From Eledone cirrhosa (taxonomy: Eukaryota), in assembly GCA_964016885.1 (NCBI GenBank), contig OZ024759.1, forward strand, positions 22,258,001-22,322,000: a DNA stretch of 64,000 nucleotides, in the 5' to 3' direction. The notes under the pieces are model-generated. The model ran no database searches. It saw only the letters and a program-made list of their open reading frames with translations, and was not told the origin of the DNA. A program made the position numbers and the translations under genes. Below are positions 12,374 to 27,457 of the stretch, in pieces (positions within the stretch are counted from its first letter, which is position 1; each line of letters starts with the position of its first letter).

Positions 12374-13460
12374 GGTGGTCCCATCCAAACTGTTGACATA
12401 TGTCCCATGTTCCCTCAAGCAGTTGGGGTGAATTGATGTACATAAGTTGGGGGGGAATTGATATACATAAGTTGGGGGGGAATTGATATACATAAGTTGG
12501 GGGTTAAGTGAGATACATGGAAAGGGGTCAGGTAAGATTGATGAATAAGGTGAATATATGAAGTGAAATGGATTGAAACAAGTGGGCCAACCTTATATGC
12601 TTGTGGTGATGCCAACACAACATTCTCAGCCATATCCTTCAGGCATATCAACCCAACAAATGCACAGTGTTAACTACCAATAACGGACTACCCTATTGCT
12701 CTACCGATACCACCAATCCACCGAAAACTGATCATTTACACCTCTCTAAGACAATGTCACTAGATCGAGATCTTTGGTGCTATGCAGTTATACAGAGGAT
12801 CCACCTCCCTTGCATACAAACTTAAATCTAGTCAGTAGGCACCTCTTAACCTAATATACACCCCACCCTACACCCTACTCCATCCTCCCATTTCTGTCCA
12901 CTGTAAAGTGGTCGTGTAGGTGACATGACAAAAAGCACCCTGTTCACACTGTAAAGTGGTCGTGTAAGAGACACGGTAAAAAGGCTCCCAGTCCACACTG
13001 TAAATGTAGTTGGTGTTAGGAAGGGCATCCAGCCGTAGAAAACCTGCCAGAAACAGTTCTGTACAAGCAAGAAACGGTCTCCCAACCAATCTCACCTCAA
13101 GTGGGACAAAACCGTCTAACCCATGCTAGCGTGGAAGATGGATGTTAAACAATGATGATGATGATTACTCTATATACACTATTGTATTTTTGTGGTAAAG
13201 GCTTTATCTTACATAATTACATAATTATCTCACATAATATCGAATCTGCGAGATTTTGATGTCATTTATTTAGAGAGCAATACCTTAACATTGGTATGAG
13301 TGGCCAGTTACAGCCAGTTTGAACAGAAAATGGTGAGAGAATCCTGGCCGGATACAGCCGGTTTAAATGCTAAAGGGTTAATAATAGTGATAATAATTTT
13401 TTTTTTTTTTTTCAGATTTCAAACCTTTAAAGTTTGTGTGAAGATAGTGGAGCATATATC

Positions 13461-13595
13461 ATGAAGTCATTGTTCAAACAACATTGGGCAACTATTATAA
13501 GGAACCATATCTCACCGTTCCATAGTAATATGGGGCCTTGTCCATTGAATTGCTCAGGGCATGGCATTTGTGATGACGGCAAATGCCTTTGTTTG
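13461..13595 (+). CDS. Receptor-ligase coding exon 1 (start, EGF-like part)
   Basis: [45 protein letters not shown] then gtaagt. The exon begins at 13416 after poly-T/ttcag, so a non-coding exon probably lies upstream. Confidence 0.85.
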
Positions 13596-16336
13596 GTAAG
13601 TTCTTAAGTTCTACTTCTTGTTCATGTTGTTGTTGTTGTTGTTGTTGTTGTTCTTGTTCTTCTTCTTCTTCGTCCACTTATTCCTGGGAGGGTCGCTGGG
13701 GGCAGTGTCCTAAAGTACACCATCACTACCAATACCACCACCACCACCACCACCTCAACCACCGCCGCCACCACCTCAACCGCCGCCGCCACCACCACCA
13801 CCACCACCACCACCTCCTCAACCACCACCACCACCACCTCCTCAACCACCACCACCACCACCTCAACCACTGCCACCACCACCATCACCACCAACTCAAC
13901 CACCGCCGCCACCACCACCACCACCGCCGCCTCCTCAACCACCACCACCACCACCTCCTCAACCACCACCACCACCACCACCTCAACCACCACCACCACC
14001 ACCACCAACTCAACCACCGCCGCCACCACCACCACCACCACCACCACCACCTCCTCAACCACCACCACCACCACCACCTCCTCAACCACCACCACCACCA
14101 CCTCAACCACCACCACCACCACCACCTCAACCACTGCCACCACCACCACCACCACCAACTCAACCACCGCCGCCACCACCTCAACCACCGCCGCCACCAC
14201 CACCACCACCACCACCTCCTCAACCACCACCACCACCACCTCCTCAACCACCATCACCACCACCTCAACCACCACCACCACCAACTCAACCACCACCAAC
14301 TCAACCACCACCACCACCACCACTATTCAATTATTTAACAATAATTTTCCAGGTCCAGTTCCGTGGAGGCTCCTGTAAAGAAACCAACAAGGATTACTAT
14401 TTGGCTTTTGGTTCCATCTTTGTTGGTCTGGCAGTGGTCTGTTTGGTGCAGCTGGTAAGTATCATCATCATCATCATCAGTACCATTATCACCATCACCA
14501 TCATCGTCATCATTATCATCATCATTGTCACCGTTATCATTACCATCATCATTATCATCATCATCATTGTCATACTATCATCACCATCACCATCATCATC
14601 ATCTTGTTTTGATTGCAATGAAAGACAGGAGAGCATTGCTAAAATGTCAGTGATCATAGACAGGTGTTCTGGATATGGACCAGCCTAGAGTTAAACAACA
14701 ATAATACTACCAATAGCAACACTACCAACAACACCCTCACCTCTATCACCACCACCACCACCACCATCACCACTAACACTACCAACAACACCCTCACCTC
14801 TATCACCACCACCACCACCACCACCATCACCACTAACACTACCAACAACACCCTCACCTCTATCACCACCACCACCACCACCACCATCACCACTAACACT
14901 ACCAACAACACCCTCACCTCTATCACCACCACCACCACCACCACCACCATCACCACTAACACTACCAACAACACCCTCACCTCTATCACCACCACCACCA
15001 CCACCACCATCACCACTAACACTACCAACAACACCCTCACCTCTATCACCACCACCACCACCACCATCACCACTAACACTACCAACAACACCCTCACCTC
15101 TATCACCACCACCACCACCACCACCACCATCACCACTAACACTACCAACAACACCCTCACCTCTATCACCACCACCACCACCACCATCACCACTAACACT
15201 ACCAACAACACCCTCACCTCTATCACCACCACCACCACCACCACCATCACCACTAACACTACCAACAACACCCTCACCTCTATCACCACCACCACCATCA
15301 CCACTAACACTACCAACAACACCCTCACCTCTATCACCACCACCACTACCAACAACACCCTCACCTCTACCACCACCACCACCACCAAAACCACTAACAC
15401 TACCAACAACACCATCACCACCATCATTACCAGCAGCACCACTAAAAAACCACTACCACCGCAACCACCAGTAGCAGTAGCAACAGCACCACCATCACTA
15501 GCAACAACACCATCACCGCCATCAGCACCAATACCAACACCGCCACCACCACCTTAATCATACAGTGCTATTTCTCTATTACAGTGTGTCTGCATTTGGT
15601 CGCAGTACATCCGAGAGCAGAAACGATCATTGTGGAGTGCTTTTAAAATAACTACACAGAAGATGCTGTATGTTCTCACGCTGTGTGCCACAGCCATCAG
15701 AGCCATCTATTTCTTTACAAAGGTACGTAACTCTGTTTCTCCCTTTTAACCCTCTCATTAACTTATTTTTAAGCTGTAACTCCTCATTGAGTCCTGGCTG
15801 GAGGAAAAGGGAGGAAGGGCATATGCTGCTGTTTGGTGAACATTTTTCTGGTAGTAGAGCCCATCTCCTCTCCAGGTCTGAACACAGCCTATTTAATAAT
15901 TATAATATTATAATGAAAATTATTGTGTACAGTGCTCAGGTACACTACAACTCAACAAAGGTGCATGTATAGTACATAGAATAATGTACAAATGTCAGGA
16001 AAGTGAACAGTGATGAATCATGATATACACACAGATACATGCATGCATGTGTATGGAGGGGGAATATCTAATGTAGTGTCGTTCTATGTACTATACATGC
16101 ACCTTTGATGAGTTGAAGTGCCCCTGAGCACTGTACACAATAATTTTCATTATTATTATATATATATATCTATATATTTCTATCTCTCTCTATTGTTTGT
16201 CTAATTTAGTTCCAGTTCCAACTTCCAGACCAAATCTAACATTTCTATCTATATATATTTCTATCGCTCTCTATATAGTTGGTCTAATTTAGTGCCAGTT
16301 CCAACTTCCAGACTAAATCTAACATATCTATATCTA

Positions 16337-16396
<60 letters not shown>

Positions 16397-16873
16397 GAAG
16401 GGCATCCAGCCATAGAAAACCTGCCAGATAGTCCTATACAAGCGAGACATGGTCACCTGACCAATCTTGCCTCAAGTGGGACAACTCCCGTCTAACCCAT
16501 GCTAGCATAGAAGATAGACCTTAAACGATGATGATGATGATGATATCTATATATCTATATCTATTTTTTTTTTCTAGGGCGGGTAAAATTCCCGAGATCC
16601 ATGGACGAGTTCTCTCCAGCGGTCTCTGTCCCTCATTATCGCTGCCATGTCCTGCGTCTCCAACAGACCAGTGTCTGTCCTTAGGGCATCAACATACGTC
16701 AACCTTGTTCTTCCTCTTCCAGTGTGTCCATGTAGGGGCTCCCACAGAATCACCGAGTGCAATGTCAACTCTGGATGTCGGTGCACATGTCCAGCTAACC
16801 TCAGTCTCCTCTGTGTCACTTTTGCTCCCAAATACAGGAAGTCCTCAACCAATTCTAGCGGCTTCCCGCCTAC

Positions 16874-16912
<39 letters not shown>

Positions 16913-17169
16913 ATTTGCAACCACGCAGCACGCCATGTTTTCATATTTTTTATATATATATATATATATTTATCTCTCTTTATTGTTTGTCTAATTTAGT
17001 TCCAGTTCCAGCTTCCAGACCAAATGTTCTCAAACTTGTGGTGCGCTTATTACCCATTACTTCTCACAGGTTTCACCCTGATTGTTTGTTACTGGGCAGA
17101 GGTAGGTAACTGTTATGTATAAACATCACCATCTCCATCATCATCACCACCTCCATCATCATCATCACC

Positions 17170-17201
<32 letters not shown>

Positions 17202-20200
17202 CATCATCATCACCATTATATTTTGTATCATATTTTGGGGCTATTTCAGGCTTTTCACCTGTACAACCTTCCAGTTGAACAACCGAGGTTCCTCAGCAAA
17301 TCATTTGTTGGATTCATAGTATTCAATGTCTTCATATACATGTTGTTTGGTGCCAGGTTCTTCTTTACCGATATCATCAACAACCAGCAACAGGCAGTAA
17401 GTATTTCTCTGATAGACACACACATATACACACACACACATACATACACATATATACACACATATAGACACACATACAGACATATACACACACATGCAGA
17501 CATATACACACACATATACACACACATACACACACATACATACACATATACACACATATATATACACACATATACACTCACATATACACACACATACAGA
17601 CATATACACACACATATACACACATATACACACACATACAGACATATACACACACATAGACACACATATACACAGACATATGCAGACATACACACACATA
17701 TACACACACATATACAGACATATATACACACATATACAGACATATACACACACTGACACACATATACACACATATATATAGACATATACAGACACATATA
17801 CACACACATTTACACACATATATTCACATATACACACACACATATACACACACATACAGACACATATACATACATATACAGACACACATATACACACACT
17901 GACACATACATATACAAACACATTGACAAGGACATACATATATATACACTCACATATACACTCACTGACACACACTTACACACACATATACGCACATTGA
18001 CACATATTCTCACTCTTGTATACACACCAACACACATATAAACACATATACACATACATTCACTCACACATACACACCCACCTGGCCCCAGGGTGGTAAA
18101 CTTAAACTATTGCCTAATTTAACACCTCCACCTGGCCCCAGAGTGATCCTGGCCCCAGAGGGGTAGACTTAATCTATCACCTAATTTAATACCACCACCA
18201 CCTGGCCCCAGGGTGGTAAACTTAACCTATTGCCTAATTTAACACCTCCACCTGGCCCCAGAGTGGTCCTGGCCCCAGAGTGGTAGACTTAATCTATCAC
18301 CTAATTTAATACCACCACCACCTGGCCCCAGGGTGGTAAACTTAAACTATTGCCTAATTTAACACTTCCACCTGCCCCCTGGCCCCAGGGTGGTAGACTT
18401 AATCTGTCGCCTAATTTAATACCACCACATGGCCTGTTTTTGTTCAGTTTCTTACAAATGTTATATTTCCATTTACCACTTTTGCCATTTTTAATCATTA
18501 ATAATTAATTAATTAATTTTGGCAGGACATGATTAACAAGATCTTTGATGCATCTTTTGCATTTCTTATGTTCCTGGTTGTGGTTTTCTTCCTCATCTAC
18601 GGTGTTGAAGTATATTTCAAGGTTAGTGACATTTCCTTATACCTCCATTCAGTGGTTTTTAACCCTTTATCATTTACATTACTCTATATTTACTATTATA
18701 TTTTCACAGTAAAGGCTTTATCTTACATAATTACCTCACATAATATTTAATCTACAAGATTTTGATGTTATTTATTTTGAGAATGATACCTTAATGTAGA
18801 TATGAGCAGCCAGTTACAGTCGGTTTGAACAGAGAGAGGTGAGAGAATTCTGGCCGGATATGGCCGGTTCAAATGCTAAAGAGTTAAAAAAAACTTTTGT
18901 CCTTTCTTTGCTTTGTTGTTATATCTGTCGATCTGGAGATTGTAGTCTATCATTGTAGATCTATTGATCTGGTTATTGTAGTCTACTATTGTGTGATCTG
19001 TTGGTCTGGAGATTGCAGTCTACCATTGTAGATCTTGTGATCTGGTACTTACAATCCATCATTTATATCTGTTGATTTGGTGATTGCAGTCCATCATTCT
19101 AGATCTGTTGATCTGGAGATTGACAAGATCCCAGACCTCATTTGCTTACCAAGTAGGGTGGAACTCATCAAATTGGACCAAAGAAACGTTTCCATAGGTC
19201 TTTCCATTGCTGATACTATCTAATAGTCACAATGCCTGACAGAAAAAGCAACGTGAAATAAAGTGTCTTGCTTGAGGACATAACACAGCACCCAGTCTAG
19301 GAATCGAACTCACAACCTCCTGATTGTGAATCCAATTCTCTAAACACTAAGCCCTACACACCTTCACTAACAATTATTTTCTTGGGTTTTATTTTTTTCT
19401 TTTGTTCAGGTAAGAGGAGCATTTGCCCAATCAGAAAGCAATGTCAACCAACATCAGTTACATATGTCAAGGCTAGGATTAGTCATTCAGGCTCTTCTTC
19501 AGCTCATAACAGCTTTGTTTCTTTTGTCTGATGTCCTTAAAGAATTCTGGAGAGATAAGTAAGTAATTATTTCTATTTAACTATGCATGTCTGGGCTCTT
19601 GACTTAACTTTTGATGGATCCTTAGAGACGCTGTAGTGATATATGACACGTCTTGGGCATTTTAAACCTGACTGAATGTCTGAACACACCCAATTTCTTC
19701 TAGGGAAAGACAGTAAGGAAGGGAGAAATAGAGTAAAGCAGTGAGAAAGAGAGTGTATATATAAATCTATGTATATATGTGTGAATGCATATGTATGTGT
19801 GTCTACCTCAGTATACATCTATTTATGCATGTATGTGTGTATGTAAGTTCTTCTGGTTTTATAATTTTATAAATTTTTGCCAATAGAGAGAGTTGGTTTC
19901 TAACATAGATACAAGACTCTCTCATTGGAATTTAAACAACATCAACTAGGTATATATGTATGCGTGACTGCATGCATGCGTGTGTGTGCAAGTATGGATG
20001 TTATTGTATGTGTCGATGTGTACGTTTTGAGTTATATGTCTGCATGTGTGCTTTGTATCTGTTCATGTGTACATGCAGTTATTACATACAGAATATTTTT
20101 ACGCCTGTATATATGTACATATGCTGTTTTGAAGCATTTACTTCGTAAGTGGGACTCAAGTGCAATGCCTGCAAAAATTTAGCAAGAATTGAGGTGCAAT

Positions 20201-21046
20201 CTATGTGGCCGATTTCTTCAAACAAGAGCTGGTTTTGATAACCATCTGAAATCACAAGAGCTGGGGAGAAATCATGTCAACTGAGAGATGGTTCTACTGC
20301 CACACACTCCATGGTACATTTAATTTGCAAGTCAGTGGGTGGACTGACGAGACATGGTAAAATTAATGAAGACACGCCCCAGCTGGTTTTACCAGGAGAC
20401 AGACAGTTCAAGTGTTACATCTGTGAACGTATCTGCAAAACAAAAGCAAGTCTGAAAGCAAGTCGCCTGCATGCCCATTACCATGCACTGTTCAATGAAG
20501 AGATGGCACTCGTGTGACAAGAAGCAGCAATCAACAAGTATGTCTGAATACAACAAATTTCTCACCCAGAAAGATTGAGAGAATGAAAGGGTAAAAGATA
20601 TAGAGGAAGAAAATTATTATTGTTGCAGTTGTTTTCTTTGGTGCTATTTGTTTGCTTATTTATAATCATTTTTTAATTATTAATTTATTTATTTATTATT
20701 TTTATTGTTATGTATTTATTTATTTATTTATTTATTTAACAGACTTCCTGTCCTCAGTCAGAATGTTTATGATATTGGATTCAGAATCATTGAGTTTGGA
20801 GTTTCTCTTTGGTTTCCTTGCGTGCTCTGGAACTGTTGTAGGTAAATATTGTATTTATATATACACTAGACCACCCATGACCCGTTAGGTCACGTTCACT
20901 TCAAAATATTTTTAAAAAATGATGTTCACTTAAAAATAATTTTTAAATAATTAAAATATACACAGACATATAATGTGAAATGAAACTGGAAGGCCCATAT
21001 ATACACATGTGTATATGTATATATATAAATGTGTGTGTTTGTCTAC

Positions 21047-21100
<54 letters not shown>

Positions 21101-24100
21101 GTGGATGTCTGTGATCTATATACACTGGTCATAGACACACACATATACACACATATATATACACACACTCACATATATATATACATATATATATATATGT
21201 GAGTGTTATATATAACAACACCAGCTCTCTCTTTCTCTTTCATTCTCCTTCTCTGTCTCCTCTCCCTCTCTCTATGTCTTTCTTTCTCTCTCTCTCTCTC
21301 TTTATGAAGGTACCCGGCAAAACCCCATATCTCGGGAACCTATGGTCCGATTTACACGAAACTTGTTTTATTCCATTTGTATTCCCATTTCAGGGTCAAC
21401 TTCCTTTCAAAGTATTTTCCCATTATGCGCCCTTTTGGCTGTATTACATTACAGACAAGCAAGCAAGCAAGCAATCACAGACTTTTAGTATTATATAGAT
21501 TATATCATCATCATCATCATTATTTAACATCCATTTTCCACGCTAGCATGGGTAGGACGGGCTGTCCTTTGTGAGAGATCAGGTTTCGCTCACACAGAAC
21601 TGATTTTGGTTTGGTTTCTATGGCTGGAAGTTTTTCCTAACACTAACTACTTTTACTGTGTGGACTGAGTGCTTTTTGTCGTGACACCTACATGACCACT
21701 TTACAGTGTGGGTTGGGCACTTTTTGTCGTGACACCTACATGACCACTTTACAGTGTGGGTTGGGCACTTTTTGTCGTGACACCTACATGACCACTTTAC
21801 AGTGTGGGTTGGGCACTTTTTGTCGTGACACCTACATGACCACTTTACAGTGTGGGTTAGGCACTTTTTGTCGTGACACCTACATGACCACTTTACAGTG
21901 TGGGTTGGGCACTTTTTGTCGTGACACCTACATGACCACTTTACAGTGTGGTTTGGGCACCTTTTGTCGTGACACCTACATGACCACTTTACAATGTGGG
22001 TTGGGCATTTTTTGTCGTAACACCTACATGACCACTTTACAGTGTGACTTGCCCTCACTGATGCTGAAAAGAAGGTAGTATGGAAATGCCACTATGAAAG
22101 ATTACTGAATGAGGAGAATGCATAGAAAGAAAATAGTTTGCCCCATGTCGACCCAACACAGGGATTGGCTGTACAAATCAGCAGTAGTATAGTAAGTAAG
22201 ATAATGAAGGTATGAAGACAGACAAGGCAGATGGACCCTCAGGGATAGTTGCTGAGATGCTGAAAGCGTCAGGAATAGTAGGCAATACCATAGTCCCTTG
22301 CATTGTAAACCAAGTAATACAAAATGGTGTCATACCTAATGACTGGTGTAGCAGCATCATTGTCAACTGCTACAAGGGCAAAGGTGTTGCTCTAAATAGA
22401 GAAAACTATAGAGGCATTAAGTTGGTTGACCAGTTTATAAAGGTCACTGAAAGAATTACCGCACAGCTGATTAGGGAACGAGTTAACCTAGATGAGATAC
22501 AGTTTGAATTTGTTCCAGGTAAAAGTACCACAGGTGCCCTTTTCAGATGCAGTGTGCAGGCGAGGAGATTACATTGGTATAGATTTAACCCATTAGCATT
22601 TAAGCTTGCTGTATCTGGCCAGAATTCTCACACCTCTTTCTGGCCATAACTGGCCATTCATATTGACATTTAGGTATTGTTCTTAAAATAAATAACATCA
22701 TCAAAATCTCATAGATTCCAGATTATGTGAGATAAAGCCTTTATAATCATGACTCATACACTGTTCATTTTCCTGACACTTTATTATTCTATGTACTATA
22801 CATACACCTTTGATGAGTTGTAGTGCACCTGAGCACTGTACACAATAATTTCATTATATTATTATAATAGTAGCGTAATGTAAATGCTAAAGGTTTCAAT
22901 AAATATTATGGTTCAACAATATTAAAACTCTTATTAACCCTTTAGCTTTTAAACCAGCCAGTATTCTCTCACCTCTTTCTGTTCAAAATGGCCGTAACCA
23001 GCTGCTCATACATATGTTAAGCTTTTAAACCGGCCATATCCGGTCAGAATTCTTTCACCTCTTTCTGTTCAAACTGGCTGAAACCACTCATACCAATATT
23101 AAGGTATGGTTCTCAAAATAAATAATATAAAAATCTTGTAGATTCGATACTATGTGAGATAAAGCCTTTACCATGAAAATATAATAATAAATATAGAGTA
23201 ATGTAAATGCTAAAGGGTTAAATTATTGTTCAACATTAAAACTCGTATTAATGTTCACTGGGAGAGTCAAAATAAACATTATTTCAACAAATTATGAAAG
23301 TATGTCTATGATTAACAAATATTTTTTACCAACCATGTAGCAACAGGTTAACGACCTTTGAATAATAGTAATAATAATAACAAAGAGAAAAAGAAAAACT
23401 CAGATTACAATAATAATGATTTTTTTATTGAATAATTGTTTCTGCTTTTGGCACAAGGCCATCAATTATTCCAGTACGTTACTGGTACTTTATTTTATCG
23501 ACCCTGTAAGGATGAAAGACAAAGTTAACCTCAGCGGAATTTGAACTCAGACCGTAAAGGGATGCAACTCTATGCTGCAAAGCATAGTGTCTGACCCTCT
23601 ATCGATACTGCTAATCCACCACCACCACCACCACCAACACCAGTACTGTCAACACCAACACCGTCAACACCACTACCACCAACACCACTACCACCAACAC
23701 TAACACCACTGCTGCCAACATCACAACCATCACAACAACAACCACAATGACATCGTCAAAACAACCACAACACCACCACGACTAACAACAGCAGCAGCAG
23801 CACCACCACCACCACCACAACAACAACAATAACCACATTGCCACCACCACAATAATAATATTTGTTGTTGTTGTTGTTATTGCTATTAACAATATCATTG
23901 TTTTTACTGCTACTATTACTACTACTACTATAACAAGAACAGCAATAACAACTATTGCAACATCTACTACCACCACCACCACCACTACCAACACCACCAC
24001 CACTACCACAACAACAACTACACTGCCATCACCACAACACCATCATCATAACAACCACAACACCACTACCACCATTACCACCACCACCATCACCAGCAGC

Positions 24101-27100
24101 AGCTTCACCACACCACCACTGACAGTATCATCATCACTATCACCACCACTGCCGCCACCACCACCACAACAACAACAACCACTACCACCACCACAACCAC
24201 CATCACCAACACCACTACTACTACCACCACCACCACCACCACCACCAATACCACTGCAACAACAACCACCACCACCAATACCACCACCACCATCAACACT
24301 ATCACCACCACCACCATCATGTAATTACTTGAGATAATCAGCCTTATTAATATTTTAACTTTTCACATTCCGATGAACCTTATATTCCACTTTTGTTAAT
24401 GTTTTTGTCATTTTAATCTGGTGATAACAATGGAAGCTGCTTCACCCCACACCTTCCTTTACCCCCCCCCCCTGCCGTAACACACACATACACATATACA
24501 TTCACACACACACAAACATTCTCACACATTCACATACACATACACACATTTACACGCATACACACATTCACACACACACACACACACAAATACAAGTGAA
24601 ACTGCTTCTCCCTCCTCTCACTCTACACCTTACTTTATCCCCTCCCTGCCATAACACACACACATACATATTCACACATACATTCACACATGCACACATT
24701 CTCATACATTTACATACACACATACATCCCATAATACACACATACACACACACACACAACAGTTTTAAAAATTAAAAAAAAAGCCTAAAAAACATGTTAA
24801 ATATCTTATAACATTAATCTACTTTGCCAGGATTTAGTAACACAAACATAAGTGAAATCCTTACAGATATAATGTACCCTTCTCTCAATCAGCTGTGTAT
24901 TTCTCAACACAACCACTGTACCTAAAACAGGGTCTGATAAACCTGGAATTCCTACAAACAGCATGTACCCTCTTCTCAACCACCCTTGTATTTCTCAACA
25001 CAACCACTGTACTTGAAACGGTCTGATAAACCTGGAATTCCTACAAACAGCATGTACCCTCTTCTCAACCACCCTTGTATTTCTCAACACAACCACTGTA
25101 CTTGAAACGGTCTGATAAACCTGGAATTCCTACAAACAGCATGTACCCTCTTCTCAACCACCCTTGTATTTCTCAACACAACCACTGTACCTAAAACAGA
25201 GAATGACAGACCTAAAACCCTTACAGATATAAATGTACCCTCTTCTCAACCACCCCTTTATTTTTCAATACAACCACTGCGCCTAAAACAGAATGACAAA
25301 ACTGAATCCTACTGTGAGAAATTTAATATTTCTACCATTACACTCCTGTCGGTAAAGATTCATCAAGGATACTCTTAGGACATGAAACTTCAAGTAATGG
25401 ATTGCTAAACTGGATTATTACTTAACATTAAATCTTCACCGTACCCACATATGGACCAGTTTTTATATTAACTAGTTTTGCTTCAGTCACAGTGAGTGAG
25501 ACATTACAAAATATATAATTGTCTTTTGTTTTGTAATACTCCAAAATTGCTTCACTTCCACTACAACAAAAACAGCCACACATTCTACAATCTATACAAA
25601 AATTAACCCTTTCGCATTTAAACCAGCTGTATCCAGCCAGGATTATCTCACCTCTTTTTGTTCAAACTGGCCATAACTGGCCACTCATACTGATGTTAAG
25701 TTGTTCTCAAAATAAATAATATTAAAATCTCATATTATGTGAGATAATTATGTGATAATTACTGTGAAAATATAATAGTAAATATAATAGAATATATAGA
25801 GTAATGTACTTGCTGTATCCGGCCAGAATTATCTCATCTTTTTTGTTTGAACCAGCCGTAACTGGCCACTCATACTGATGTTAAGGTATTGTTCTCAAAA
25901 TTAATAATATCAAAATCTTATAGATTTGATATTATGTGAGGTAAAGCCTTTACCGTGAAAATACAATAGTAAATATAGAGTAATGTGAATGCTACAGGGT
26001 TAACTAGTTTTGTTTTAGTCACAGTGAGTGAGACATTACAAAATATATAAATGTCTTTTGCTATGTAATACTTCAGAATTGTGACATTCCCACTACAAAA
26101 ACAGCCACAATTTAGACATAATCATCATCATCGTTTTTTTTTTTTCGTTTCTTTTATGTTGGTTTTTCCACTCTTGCATGGGTTAGACAGATCCTTTTCA
26201 GCACAAACAACATCTCTTCACACGGTCATGTTCCTTCGTCATCTCCTCTGTGAGTCTCAGCAAGTTGAGATTAGTGCTCTTACCACCTCTGCCCAAGTCT
26301 TCTTTGGTCTACCTCTTCCATGGTTTCCTTCCACTGGAATTTCCTGGCACTTCTTCACCCAGTGATAATCTCACCATTCATGTTCATCACATGTCTGTTC
26401 TTCCAATACCGTTGCCGTAATATGTATTTTACTAAAATACCCCTCTCCGTTCTTTCTCTCTCTCTTTCCTTTTGGTTATTTTCCCTGTCAACTCTCATCA
26501 TCTCCACCACCATGCAGTCCTGAAGAATTATGGGTTTTAAATCCGAAAAAGATTTTCTTCTCATTTGATCGTGGTAAAAGTTTGCGAAGCAGATTAAAGA
26601 TTGATACCAAAGATCAGAAAGGCTCAGAAGCCTCTAGAAACCCCACTGGTAAGTAGTCTACTATACAATTATATAGAGTACTTAACCCCCCCCCCCCCCC
26701 CCAAAAGGGGGAGGGGAGAATTAATTATTTCTACTTTTGGCACAAAGCCAGCAATTACCCCAGTGCATTTGTGAAGGCATGTGGCTGAGTGGTTAGAGAA
26801 TTGAATTCATAATCATGAGGTTGTGAGTTCGATTCTCCGACTGGGCGATGTGTTATGTCCTTGGGCAAGACACTTTATTTCACGTTGCTCCTTCTACCTG
26901 GATTTGCGACCGATAGATAGTATTAACAATTGGAAAGACCAACGGTAACATTGTCTCTTCAGTCAGATTTGACGAAAGTCGATCAACTGTCGATTACTGG
27001 AAATAGGGTTGGGAGTGCTGAGGGTGTTATGTGGCCATGAAGGGGGGTGGTGGGTCCAAAAAGTTTGCAAACCTCTGCCCTAACCACTAAGCCATGTGCC

Positions 27101-27379
27101 TTCACTAGAAACCACCAAACTGATGATATAGTTATTTTGTTTGTTGATATTATATTACAGGAGTTGGTGATCAGAGTCTCCTGTGTTGGATTTGTTATGA
27201 CCCAGAGAATTTCAGCTGTGGACCTCTTATTCAGGCCTGTAAATGTAAAGGGGATATGTCTGCAGTACATCATGATTGTCTACGACATTGGTTAGTGGAG
27301 GTAAGTAAATCAGATATGTAGAAATATCTAATATATATATATGTGTATGTATATATATATATATAAATAAATATATATG

Positions 27380-27457
<78 letters not shown>

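Noticed and set aside
13583-15557. His-rich 251-aa and Thr-rich mucin-like 297-aa ORFs
   Set aside because: Trinucleotide-based repeats lying within introns 1 and 2 of the spliced gene, open in several frames on both strands.
20190-20517. C2H2 zinc-finger-like peptides (also 32350-32430 on the minus strand)
   Set aside because: Interrupted by stops, no splice context; more consistent with decayed LINE C-terminal fingers than a host gene.
21660-22045. CRISPR-like regular array / Cys-rich repeat protein
   Set aside because: Units are contiguous with no unique spacers; eukaryotic context; derived from a retroelement tail.
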